NCBI GenBank assembly: GCA_964583795.1
Contig: CAZOWX010000001.1
Span: forward strand, 30,569 to 94,568
Origin: an uncultured Pseudomonadales bacterium
GTDB lineage: Bacteria > Patescibacteriota > Microgenomatia > UBA1400 > PJMF01
Direction: 5' to 3'
DNA length: 64,000 nucleotides
Shown: in pieces, positions 50,768 to 59,990 of the stretch
Layout: every line of letters starts with the position of its first letter
Numbering within the stretch: position 1 is the first letter of the stretch
Notes under the pieces: generated by a model
The model's database searches: none
What the model was told of the DNA's origin: nothing
The model's input: the letters and a program-made list of their open reading frames with translations, nothing else
Program-made: the position numbers and the translations under genes

Positions 50768-51680
50768 TCTATCAATCATTATTCTCAACTACAACACAGC
50801 CAGCTGGCTCGAGAATGCACTACGTTCTATAAAACGCTATCCACTTACTCGTCACTCTTTTGAGGTAATCGTGGTTGACAATCATAGCTCAGACCACTCT
50901 GTAGCCATGGTTCAGGCAACATTCCCTTCAGTAACACTGATTGAAGCACCAGAAAATGGTGGCTTTGCCAGGGGTAATAACATTGGAATAAAGGTAGCCA
51001 ATGGGAAGTACATCATGTTGCTTAACTCCGATGCTGAGTTTAACTCAGACACAAATCTCGATGCGTGTCTTGAGTATTTTGAACAACATGAACAGGTCGG
51101 GGTCATGACTCCACAAATAGTTTTGGCTGATGGAGGAGTTGACCTTGCTTGCCATCGTGGGGAACCAACTCCTTGGGCGGCAATTACATACTTTTTGGGC
51201 TTTGAGAAAAGGTTCCCTGAATCTCGATTGTTTGGGCAATATCATCAGACATGGAAAGATTTCAAGGTGTTACATACGATTGATGCTTGCAGTGGAGCAG
51301 CAATGCTTGTTCGAGCTCAAGCATTACAAAAAGTAGGGGACTTAGATGAACAATTTTTTATGTATGCGGAAGACCTGGATTGGTGTCGACGTTTTCGAGA
51401 ACACAAGTACCAAATTATTTATTTTCCACAATCTCGAGTTGTTCACCATAAATATAAATCCGGTTTAGCAAAACGAAAAGACATACTTGAACCTAACAAT
51501 TTTTTACAGATACCTGGTTTTTCTCACAAAAAAGATCTCGCTTCAAGTACTCGCCATCATTTTTTTCAGACAATGAAACAGTACTATAGTAAGCATTACC
51601 AAAAAAGTTCACCAATTCAAACACTCATTATTCATCGAATTATTGACCTGCTACACTGGTGGAAACAAACGAGAAGTTAA
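50748..51680 (+). CDS. GT2 glycosyltransferase (WbbL-like)
   Basis: IIILNYN, NGGFARGNN, LLNSD, DEQFFMYAEDLDWC. Confidence 0.9.
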   Translation: MRKRHVDLSIIILNYNTASWLENALRSIKRYPLTRHSFEVIVVDNHSSDHSVAMVQATFPSVTLIEAPENGGFARGNNIGIKVANGKYIMLLNSDAEFNSDTNLDACLEYFEQHEQVGVMTPQIVLADGGVDLACHRGEPTPWAAITYFLGFEKRFPESRLFGQYHQTWKDFKVLHTIDACSGAAMLVRAQALQKVGDLDEQFFMYAEDLDWCRRFREHKYQIIYFPQSRVVHHKYKSGLAKRKDILEPNNFLQIPGFSHKKDLASSTRHHFFQTMKQYYSKHYQKSSPIQTLIIHRIIDLLHWWKQTRS

Positions 51681-51801
51681 ATTAGTATATTCCTCACTTT
51701 CAGCTGCTATTTGCGTTTCTCCATAAGTTCGGCTAAGATACCCACAGTATTTATTTGACTTGTCGTGCAAAAGACATCGTACAAAAAAATGAAAGGCAGC
51801 T

Positions 51802-52248
51802 ATGGCACATGTTCATTATTTAAAGTTCAAGATTAATCAACTCTTGCAAGAAAAAATGATTCTCATCTTGGAAACTATTGCAATTTTCATTCTCGCTTTA
51901 TTTGTGTCGATCTTTTTACCACAACTTTTATTCCAATTTCTTTACTCAAAACAACAACTCACTGCTGAGCCAGCTTTGCTTCAGTATATTCCTGTCATTA
52001 GTTTTTCAGTAGCAATTCTTTACTTCCTTTATGCAACAATTAGTGTTGTCCTGAAGAAATTAAAAGTCGTTCAACTACAAAAAGAACTCACAATGCTTAT
52101 TTCTGACGGGGCTGTGGACTGCATGTGCGAACACAATGATGAAGATTTAGACTCAAATGATGAAATAGTCAAACCAGTTATGAGTAAGAGTAGTACTGCT
52201 TCAAAGAAAAAGGCGGTTGTTAAAAAGAAAACTGGTAAGAAAGCATAA
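51802..52248 (+). CDS. Hypothetical 2-TM protein with Lys-rich C-terminal tail
   Basis: AAAGG RBS upstream, terminator downstream, tail SKKKAVVKKKTGKKA. Confidence 0.7.
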   Translation: MAHVHYLKFKINQLLQEKMILILETIAIFILALFVSIFLPQLLFQFLYSKQQLTAEPALLQYIPVISFSVAILYFLYATISVVLKKLKVVQLQKELTMLISDGAVDCMCEHNDEDLDSNDEIVKPVMSKSSTASKKKAVVKKKTGKKA

Positions 52249-52269
52249 AAATTGTCTCAATGTCATTTC

Positions 52270-52297
52270 AACGCCCCGCTAAGCCGGGGCGTTTTTT
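52270..52297 (+). terminator. Intrinsic terminator
   Basis: Stem AACGCCCCG-CTAAGC-CGGGGCGTT ending in a T6 run. Confidence 0.85.
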
Positions 52298-52311
52298 GTT
52301 ATACTACTTTC

Positions 52312-53460
52312 ATGAACTCTTTACTTCTCCCTACCATTGGCATTGATTGTCGGCTACTAGGCCCTACCCACGCAGGAATCGGTCGATACATCGAAAATTT
52401 ACTACTTCAAATTCCAAGTCTCCCAACTCACCACAACTTTCGCTGGACATTTATTTTTCATGATCAGTCGCAGTATGACGCTTTTCTTGGCATCACTGAT
52501 CAATCAGCATTTTTTGCATCATCTCGGATACTGTTCGCCCCGGTTCGCCACTACACACTCAATGAACAGATTACAATGTTGTCTCTACTCAAAAAAGAAA
52601 AACTTGATCTACTGCATGTCCCTCATTTTAATGTGCCGATTTTGTATCAAGGCAAGTTAGTCGTCACCATCCATGATTTACTTTGGCATGAATACCGAGG
52701 CACCCGTGTTACGACGCTCCCTGCATGGAAATACTGGATTAAGCACCTTCTCTACAAAGCAACAGTTGCGCAAGCAGTCTCTAAAGCATCTTCGATACTC
52801 GTACCAGCGTGTACAACAAAAGAAACGATATGTCGCTACTTTCCGAAACAAAAAAATAAAATTGTTGTCACCAAGGAAGGTATTTCAGCACTTTTCCTTC
52901 AACCATCTTTCCAGACAGCACACCGAAAAAAAAGGCTGGTCTATGTCGGTTCACTGTATCCACACAAAAATCTAAAAGTAATACTGCAAGCCTTAACATC
53001 GCTTCCTGAGTTTTCTTTAGTCATTGTGGGTGCCCGAAATGTTTTTCAGGAACGTTTGAAAAAGCAAGTCACAAAACTTGGGATAGAGCAACAAGTCCAG
53101 TTTCATGGGTATCTCTCTGACCTCGATTTGGTCAAGCTTTTTTCTGAAAGTTTTGCTTTGGTTCAGCCTTCACTCTTTGAGGGGTTTGGTCTCACAGGTG
53201 TTGAAGCCATGGCTTCTGGACTGCCAGTGATTGCATCTGATATTCCCATCTTTAAGGAAATTTATGGGAATCGTGCAACCTTCTTTGACCCCCATTCATT
53301 CTCGACGTTTGTGAAAGCCGTACGGCATGTACAATCAAACCCTTTCACTCGTGAACAACTGATGAGTATTGCTCAAACGGTCAAAGCGGAATTTTCTTGG
53401 CACCAGATGGCACAAAAGACCATTGAAACCTACCAACTTGCATTATCAAACACCCAATGA
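52312..53460 (+). CDS. GT4 glycosyltransferase (MtfB-like)
   Basis: GIGRY, TIHDL, YPHKN, PSLFEGFGL..VEAMA. Confidence 0.9.
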   Translation: MNSLLLPTIGIDCRLLGPTHAGIGRYIENLLLQIPSLPTHHNFRWTFIFHDQSQYDAFLGITDQSAFFASSRILFAPVRHYTLNEQITMLSLLKKEKLDLLHVPHFNVPILYQGKLVVTIHDLLWHEYRGTRVTTLPAWKYWIKHLLYKATVAQAVSKASSILVPACTTKETICRYFPKQKNKIVVTKEGISALFLQPSFQTAHRKKRLVYVGSLYPHKNLKVILQALTSLPEFSLVIVGARNVFQERLKKQVTKLGIEQQVQFHGYLSDLDLVKLFSESFALVQPSLFEGFGLTGVEAMASGLPVIASDIPIFKEIYGNRATFFDPHSFSTFVKAVRHVQSNPFTREQLMSIAQTVKAEFSWHQMAQKTIETYQLALSNTQ

Positions 53461-54095
53461 AGCACCTTTTCATTTTTGTTTTTTGTTTTCTTTTTTTGAT
53501 TTGGTTATCTTTCACAAATACGTTGCTCATCTCTCATCGTTGGGTGTTTTCACTCGCATACCCGACATTGATGTATCCAGAAAAAATCTCGTTTGAGCAA
53601 TCACAGAAAGCATCAAATATCGTTCGTCTTGTGCATTCTGCTGAACAATTTTCGTATCTGTCAGTAGAGGAAAATCGGCACATGAATGACGTCCAACTTT
53701 TATTTCAAACGACATCGCATCTTTGGGTACTTATTTTAGTTGGTCTACTATGCTTTTATTTTTTGCTTACACATTTTTTCGTTAACGTATCCAGTCAAAT
53801 GATACTAAAGTTACTGATGAACACAACCGTGCTCTTCATTGGATTTATAGGAGTATCAACACTTTTTTTTTGGAATTCTTCATTCATTCTCTTTCACCGG
53901 CTGTTGTTTGATCCAGGCACTTGGAGCTTCCCAACAGATTCAACCTTGATTCAGCTGTTCCCCGAAACTTTTTGGCAACACATGTTTACTGTATTGCTGA
54001 TAATGCCAGTAATTGAAGTCTTGACTCTCAAGCAATGTGCAAAGTATCTGCGACGTACCCACAACTTCAGCAGCAATGGTACAATACCACAGTGA
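53457..54095 (+). CDS. DUF1461/TIGR01906 protein, lipoprotein intramolecular transacylase (Lit)-like
   Basis: E..HM.DV..LF and F..FH.LLF...W.F...S.LI.LFPE.FW; both histidine motifs present. Confidence 0.75.
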   Translation: MKHLFIFVFCFLFLIWLSFTNTLLISHRWVFSLAYPTLMYPEKISFEQSQKASNIVRLVHSAEQFSYLSVEENRHMNDVQLLFQTTSHLWVLILVGLLCFYFLLTHFFVNVSSQMILKLLMNTTVLFIGFIGVSTLFFWNSSFILFHRLLFDPGTWSFPTDSTLIQLFPETFWQHMFTVLLIMPVIEVLTLKQCAKYLRRTHNFSSNGTIPQ

Positions 54096-55258
54096 AACCC
54101 AACTTATTTCCTACAAAAATCGCACTGGTTTATGACTGGGTCAACACACCATACGGCGGAGCAGAACGAGTCCTCGTCGCTCTTCATAAAATATTTCCCC
54201 AGGCTCCACTGTACACAGCTGTGTATGATCCGAAGGTTGCAACTTGGGCAAAAGATTTTACGATTAAAACATCTTTTCTACAAAACATTTTGTTTTCCCA
54301 ACAACGCCACCGAGAATTACTACCACTGCTGCCACTTGCTTTTGAATCACTTGATTTAACTGCATTTGACTTGGTGATAAGTATCACCAGTGCTCAAGCC
54401 AAAGCTATAAAAGTTCATCCTAATGCTTTACATATCTGCTATCTGTTGACTCCTACGCGATACCTGTGGAGTCACACACACAAGTACCAACAAGGAAGAT
54501 TACAACCAATTAAAGCATTGATCTTTTCATGGTTACGGCAATGGGATTATCAAGTCGCACAAAAACCACAAGTTATCATTCCTATTTCACAGTTGGTAAA
54601 ACAGCGCACCCAAAAGTATTACAGAAGGTCGACACATCCAGTTATTTACCCACCATTTCAGTTTAACTACCAGACGAAAATTCTCCAAACCGTCGACAGA
54701 AAAGCGGAATATTATCTCGTTGTTTCACGACTTGTTCCATATAAAAAAGTTGATTTATGTATTCGTACTTGTGTGAACTTAGGAAAAAACTTGATTATTG
54801 TTGGTGATGGTCCTGAGAGTAAAAAAATTCAGTCGCTGATTCAAAAGCTCGACCCACAGCAAAAACTTATTACTTGGTATTCGCAGCTAACCGACACTGA
54901 ACTTCAACATGTATATGCTGCTGCAAAAGCCCTTTTACTTCCAGCAGAAGAGGATTTTGGAATTACAGCACTCGAGGCTCAAGCCTTCGGCAAACCCGTG
55001 ATTGTTTACCAGCATAGTGGCGCAGCTGAGGTAGTAAAAAATGGAATTGCTGGGATTCACTTTTCCGACCAAACTCTCGAGTCACTCTCGGGAGCAATTC
55101 TTGAATCACAGCAGCATCATTTTGATTCTGCTGTTATAAAATCGCACGCTCTTTTGTATAATGAGCGAACATTCATGAGCCAGTTTGAAACAGCGGTTCG
55201 TGCCGCGTGGGAAAAACACCAGATTGATATACAGAAAGGACCTCATGTCAAATGTTGA
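54092..55258 (+). CDS. GT4 mannosyltransferase (WbaZ-like)
   Basis: DW....GGAERV, TPTRYLW, SRLVPYK, EEDFGIT.LEAQA. GTG start overlaps the upstream stop (GTGA). Confidence 0.88.
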   Translation: MKPNLFPTKIALVYDWVNTPYGGAERVLVALHKIFPQAPLYTAVYDPKVATWAKDFTIKTSFLQNILFSQQRHRELLPLLPLAFESLDLTAFDLVISITSAQAKAIKVHPNALHICYLLTPTRYLWSHTHKYQQGRLQPIKALIFSWLRQWDYQVAQKPQVIIPISQLVKQRTQKYYRRSTHPVIYPPFQFNYQTKILQTVDRKAEYYLVVSRLVPYKKVDLCIRTCVNLGKNLIIVGDGPESKKIQSLIQKLDPQQKLITWYSQLTDTELQHVYAAAKALLLPAEEDFGITALEAQAFGKPVIVYQHSGAAEVVKNGIAGIHFSDQTLESLSGAILESQQHHFDSAVIKSHALLYNERTFMSQFETAVRAAWEKHQIDIQKGPHVKC

Positions 55259-56354
55259 ACACACTTTTGCACTCATCTTAGCCGGTGGCGGGGGAACACG
55301 GCTTTGGCCAAAATCACGAAAAAAAACCCCGAAGCAGTTTTTGAAACTTAACGGTGAGACTACTATGTTGCAAGTCACAGCGAGTCGTTTCGCAAAACTT
55401 GTTCCTTGGGAAAAAATTATTGTCGTGACAACAAAAGCATATGTTCAAGACGTTCTAGAGCAACTTCCAGAGATTCCCCCACAAAATATTCTCGCTGAGC
55501 CAGAGAAAAAAGATACTGCACTGGCAATGCTTACAGGTGCACTGTTTGCGAAAGCACAAGATGAAGAAGCAGTCGTGGTAAATGACGCGGCTGATCATGT
55601 TGTTGAAAATGAGCAGGAATTTCTTCGATTGATGAGAGCCGCAATCACTGTGGCAAAAGAAAAGAAATACTTGGTTTCTGTCGGAATTACTCCGACTCAC
55701 CCTTCCAGCGCATTTGGTTACATTAAAGTGGGAGAAGAAATAAAAAAAGTAGACTCCAATGTTCCAGTGTTTGCAGTAGACAGTTTTACTGAAAAACCCA
55801 ACATCGCGACCGCACGTGCATTTATTTCTACGGGGAAGTATTTTTGGAACGCCAATAACTATGTTTGGGCTGCATCAACTCTTCAAGAAGCTTTTAAAAA
55901 ACATGCCCCAGAAACATATCAAGCAACTAAACAACTTGAGAATCTCACCGCACAACAATTTTCAAAGCAGCTTAATTTAATTTATCAGAACGCTCCAAGT
56001 ATCTCGATTGATTATGCAATCTCGGAGAAAGTTGACAACTTAGTGTTAATCCCTGGTGATTTTGGTTGGGATGATATCGGTGAATGGAAAGTAGTGTACG
56101 ATCTTGGAAAAAAAGATTTGGCCGGAAATGTTATTATCGAAAATGGTGGTCAAAAACATATTAAAACTTTATCAATTGAATCCCAAAATAATTTGATCCA
56201 TGTTGATGATCGATTGGTCGCTTTAATCGGTATAAACGATATGATAGTAGTTGATACTCCGGAAATTTTGATGATCGCTCCAAAATCGAAAAGTCAGGAC
56301 GTCAAAAAAATAGTTGAGCGACTCAAAGAAGAAAAACTAGAGGAATACCTCTAA
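55245..56354 (+). CDS. manC: Mannose-1-phosphate guanylyltransferase (no C-terminal cupin domain)
   Basis: ILAGGGGTRLWPKSR...PKQF, EP..KDTA, ADH, FGYI, FTEKP, SIDYA, GWDDIG.W. AGAAAGGA RBS. Confidence 0.92.
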   Translation: MSNVEHTFALILAGGGGTRLWPKSRKKTPKQFLKLNGETTMLQVTASRFAKLVPWEKIIVVTTKAYVQDVLEQLPEIPPQNILAEPEKKDTALAMLTGALFAKAQDEEAVVVNDAADHVVENEQEFLRLMRAAITVAKEKKYLVSVGITPTHPSSAFGYIKVGEEIKKVDSNVPVFAVDSFTEKPNIATARAFISTGKYFWNANNYVWAASTLQEAFKKHAPETYQATKQLENLTAQQFSKQLNLIYQNAPSISIDYAISEKVDNLVLIPGDFGWDDIGEWKVVYDLGKKDLAGNVIIENGGQKHIKTLSIESQNNLIHVDDRLVALIGINDMIVVDTPEILMIAPKSKSQDVKKIVERLKEEKLEEYL

Positions 56355-56424
56355 CGCCATAGCCAACAAACATGAAGAACATCTTTAAAAAAGTACTTTC
56401 TACTTACTACTAACTACTTGTTCT

Positions 56425-57048
56425 ATGGGTTACGAAACTCAAAAACGGATACTCGATATTATCATTGCGTCATTGTTGTTCGTCATATTCTTTCCAGTTT
56501 GGCTCATCGTTCCCGTTCTCATCTGGTTTGATTCCGGTTTTCCAATTTTCTTTGTCCATAATCGTGTTGGGAAACATGGTGAGATGTTTAACTTGCTCAA
56601 GTTTCGTTCGATGATCAAAGATGCCGACGAATATCTTCACAGTGGGAAAGATCAAAAATTGTTGAACGAATTTAAAAACGGTGATTGGAAGCTTAAAAAT
56701 GATCCTCGTATTACAAAATTAGGCAAAGTGCTTCGTTCGCTGACCATCGATGAATTTCCTCAGTTGCTCAACGTACTCAAAGGAGAAATGAGTATGGTTG
56801 GTCCTCGTGCGTATGTCCAAAAGGAGCTTCTGGAACAAACCCGAAAGTATCCTGAGACTAAAGCACTTGTGAAAAAAATTCTCTCAGTCAAACCCGGCAT
56901 TACTGGACCTTGGCAAACTAGTGGCAGAAATGAAGTGCCCTTTAGTGTCAGAGCCAAAATGGATGCCCAGTATGCTCAACAAAAAAGTGTGTTGAACGAT
57001 TTACAAATTCTACTCAGGACACCCAAAGCAATGTTGTCAAAATGGTAG
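56425..57048 (+). CDS. Priming phosphoglycosyl transferase (bacterial sugar transferase)
   Basis: KRILD, KFRSM, DPRIT, IDEFPQL.NVL.GEMSMVGPR, KPGITG.WQ. Confidence 0.93.
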   Translation: MGYETQKRILDIIIASLLFVIFFPVWLIVPVLIWFDSGFPIFFVHNRVGKHGEMFNLLKFRSMIKDADEYLHSGKDQKLLNEFKNGDWKLKNDPRITKLGKVLRSLTIDEFPQLLNVLKGEMSMVGPRAYVQKELLEQTRKYPETKALVKKILSVKPGITGPWQTSGRNEVPFSVRAKMDAQYAQQKSVLNDLQILLRTPKAMLSKW

Positions 57049-57173
57049 CGTAAACTTGACAGCAATGGAGTATCTTTGAGATAGTGGTATCTTGCAATAT
57101 TTAGTAGTCTTGTAGAAAAAGAACCCAATATAAATTCCGCTACAGTCCTGGTTATAAAATATCTTTGACATTT

Positions 57174-59216
57174 ATGGTAGAAGACACAATTATCCTTCCC
57201 AATCAAGAAATCGCACAAACTGATCGCAAGAAGAAAAACCCAATGCATCATCTAAGCAAACTGTTTACTCCCAGTAAAAAACATTCCTCAAAAGAGGAAC
57301 TTATTCAACCACAGCTTTCTAAAAAAAAGAAAGGTCTGCGAACGTGGCATAAAGTCGTGGTTGCCATCGTATTGGTACTCGTCCTGGTTGGATCAGCAGT
57401 TGGTGCCGTTGGATACTACACACTTGGCATAGTCAAAAACTTGCAAGCGCAAGCCAATGAACTAAAAGTTGCTATTGGTGGAGTAAAAGATCAACTAAAG
57501 TCACAAAATCTGCCCGGAGCGAAGGCTGCTTTTAGCGATGTCCAGACAAAGCTTGATCGAATGAAAGTTGAGTATCAGCGCCTGTCATTTCTCTCGTCAC
57601 TTCCCATCGCTAACAATTACTATCAAGATGGCTTGCATGGGTTTAAGGCTGCTGAAGCTGGAGTCAGAGCCGGAGTAAAAACAATTGATGCCATAGTCCC
57701 GTACGCTGATGTATTGGGATTTGCTGGTGAAGGGACCTTCACTGGTGGCAGTGCAGAGAATCGCATTAAACTCTTATTAGATACACTCGGAAAAGTATCT
57801 CCTATTCTTGATGATATTAAAGGAGAACTGACTGCTGCTGAAACCGAGCTTAAAGCAATCAATCCAGATCGTTATCCCGACAAGATTCAAGGCATTGAAG
57901 TTCGTGGCAGCTTAGTTATGGGACAGCAAGTCATTCAAGATGTTGTTGATGGCATTGATGAGTTTCGTCCGGCGATAGAGGTACTACCACAAATTGCCGG
58001 AGCAGACGGAAAACGCAAAAAATACTTAGTAATCTTTCAAAATGACAACGAGTTGCGCCCAACCGGTGGGTTTATGACTGGATATGCTGCACTGTTCGTC
58101 GAGGATGGGAAAGTCACTCCAGAAAAAAGTGACGATATCTATGAGCTGGATAAAAAGTTTAACTCAAAAACTCCGATTCCAGCCATCTTGGGAAGATACC
58201 TAACGACTGAGAAAAAGTTTAATTTACGCGATATGAACATTTCGCCTGACTTTAAACTCTCGATGGACACATTTTACTCAAACTATAAAGAAATTAAAAG
58301 TGAACCGCAAAATATTGATGGAATCATCGCCGTTGATAGTGAGTTTCTATCTTCATTAGTAAAGGTACTTGGACCCATTGATGTTGCTGGATACGGCACA
58401 TTTAGTGCAGAAACTGATAAGCGCTGTGATTGTCCACAGATTATTTACTCACTTTCAGAGATTGTTGATCGGCCAACACCCTATATTCGACAAGACCGAA
58501 AGGGAATCTTAGCACCGATGATGCAGGCCATTTTGCACAAAGCCTACTCCTCTCCTAAAGAGGTTTGGCCCCAACTTTTCACACTCGCAAAGGAAGATAT
58601 TGAGCAAAAACACGTACAAATGTACTTCTTTGATGAAGAGTATCAAAAAGCAGCCGAGGCAGTAAATGTTGCTGGTCGGATGAATCCGGTCAAGGATAGT
58701 CATGATTACATGGCTGTTGTTGACTCAAATTTAGGCGGGGCTAAGTCAAATTTGTTTGTCACCCAAGAAGTAGAAGTGAAAGTTTCACCGGTACAAAACG
58801 GGATGATTACCAAAACAGTGACATTAAAATACAAAAATCCATTTCCTGGATCAAACTGTAACTTGGAAGCCGGACAACTCTGTCTGAATGCCCAGTTGAA
58901 AGATTGGGTGCGATTGTACATGCCACTCGGGTCAAAAATTGTTGAAACCAACGGTTTTGACGATGGGACTCAAAGTGAAGCAGTTGAAGAAGATCTCCCT
59001 GATTATCAGGTTGTTCAAGGCGTTTTTCGTCTCTCGCCACAATCAAACTCTTCTGTTCAAATCACGTACACAGTGCCGTATACAGATGAAAAAGTCTATC
59101 GCGCACAGTTGCGCAAACAAGGTGGGACTGGAAACGTGAAATATCTCTTTGATATCAATGGGAATCAAGAAGAAGTTATTTTAGACAAGGACAAAACAGT
59201 TGAAATTCCATTTTAG
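57174..59216 (+). CDS. DUF4012-domain membrane-anchored protein
   Basis: Single TM and coiled coil; YLV.FQN.NELRPTGGF, RD.N.SPDF, IDGIIAVD, N.GG.K.N. Start uncertain (57165, 57174 or 57243). Confidence 0.8.
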   Translation: MVEDTIILPNQEIAQTDRKKKNPMHHLSKLFTPSKKHSSKEELIQPQLSKKKKGLRTWHKVVVAIVLVLVLVGSAVGAVGYYTLGIVKNLQAQANELKVAIGGVKDQLKSQNLPGAKAAFSDVQTKLDRMKVEYQRLSFLSSLPIANNYYQDGLHGFKAAEAGVRAGVKTIDAIVPYADVLGFAGEGTFTGGSAENRIKLLLDTLGKVSPILDDIKGELTAAETELKAINPDRYPDKIQGIEVRGSLVMGQQVIQDVVDGIDEFRPAIEVLPQIAGADGKRKKYLVIFQNDNELRPTGGFMTGYAALFVEDGKVTPEKSDDIYELDKKFNSKTPIPAILGRYLTTEKKFNLRDMNISPDFKLSMDTFYSNYKEIKSEPQNIDGIIAVDSEFLSSLVKVLGPIDVAGYGTFSAETDKRCDCPQIIYSLSEIVDRPTPYIRQDRKGILAPMMQAILHKAYSSPKEVWPQLFTLAKEDIEQKHVQMYFFDEEYQKAAEAVNVAGRMNPVKDSHDYMAVVDSNLGGAKSNLFVTQEVEVKVSPVQNGMITKTVTLKYKNPFPGSNCNLEAGQLCLNAQLKDWVRLYMPLGSKIVETNGFDDGTQSEAVEEDLPDYQVVQGVFRLSPQSNSSVQITYTVPYTDEKVYRAQLRKQGGTGNVKYLFDINGNQEEVILDKDKTVEIPF

Positions 59217-59233
59217 AGACAAAGAGACTGCAC

Positions 59234-59773
59234 ATGAAATCGTATCCTTCAATTCACACACATGCAGTTGTTCTGAAACGGTCAAATGTTGGTGAAACAG
59301 ATCGGGTAATCACCTTATTTACTCAAAAGCACGGCAAGATTGTTTCGATTGCCAAAGGCTGTCGGAACTTACATTCATCTCGGCTCAGCACGCTAGAACC
59401 AGGAAATTTGGTTGATGTGTACTTTCTTCCAACAAAGGGTTTACCCATTCTCACTCAGACACAACTCATTAACGATTTTGTGCAAACGAAAAAGTCACTT
59501 AAAAAAATGAAACAATTGCTACAGGTTCTGGAAATCGTTGATGCACTTTCTGTCGAAGACGAAAATACTCCAGTTTTTGTTCGGCTCACCAAAATTTTAG
59601 AAGCACTCAATTCTTTTCCCATTTTTCGAGCGATTCGATCGGAGCTTTCAGCTCTGATTGAGGAGTTTGGCTTTCAACCCCTTGCTGAGACTCAATACCA
59701 AACCATTAGTGAGTATGTTGCAACACTGAGTGATAAAAACCTCAAAAGTTTTGAGTTTTTGACAATCAAGTAA
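59234..59773 (+). CDS. recO: DNA repair protein RecO (short form)
   Basis: VVLK....GETDRVITLFT...GKI..IAKG.R...S.....LEP. No Zn-finger. Confidence 0.88.
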   Translation: MKSYPSIHTHAVVLKRSNVGETDRVITLFTQKHGKIVSIAKGCRNLHSSRLSTLEPGNLVDVYFLPTKGLPILTQTQLINDFVQTKKSLKKMKQLLQVLEIVDALSVEDENTPVFVRLTKILEALNSFPIFRAIRSELSALIEEFGFQPLAETQYQTISEYVATLSDKNLKSFEFLTIK

Positions 59774-59788
59774 TAAGTATGATACAAT
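59759..59788 (+). promoter_or_regulatory. sigma70 promoter of the glyS leader
   Basis: TTGACA (59759-59764), 18-nt spacer, extended -10 TGaTACAAT (59780-59788). Confidence 0.75.
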
Positions 59789-59794
59789 TTTTCT

Positions 59795-59957
59795 AGTATT
59801 TACCCTTTGGCAAGGATTTTCACAAATACTGATAACAATAAAGTGGTCAAGTTCACTGGGACATCATGACTTGACAAGTAGGGTGGAACCGCGATTCCGT
59901 TATTTGAGGAACCGTCCCTATGCAGTAGTATCTATACTGTGTAGAGACGGTTTTTTT
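59795..59957 (+). ncRNA. Glycine T-box riboswitch (transcription attenuator) with ultra-short Stem I
   Basis: T-box TAGGG-TGGAACC-GCG...CGT-CCCTA; Stem III GTCAAGT/ACTTGAC; overlapping terminator ending GACGG-T7; GGC in the 5' hairpin loop; upstream of glyS. Confidence 0.88.
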
Positions 59958-59990
59958 GCGTTTTCAACTAAAATACAGTAGCAAACGCAA

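Noticed and set aside
59234-59773. recO as a pseudogene because it is short
   Set aside because: The ORF is intact with a complete OB-fold N-terminus; short RecO forms without a Zn-finger are plausible in reduced genomes.
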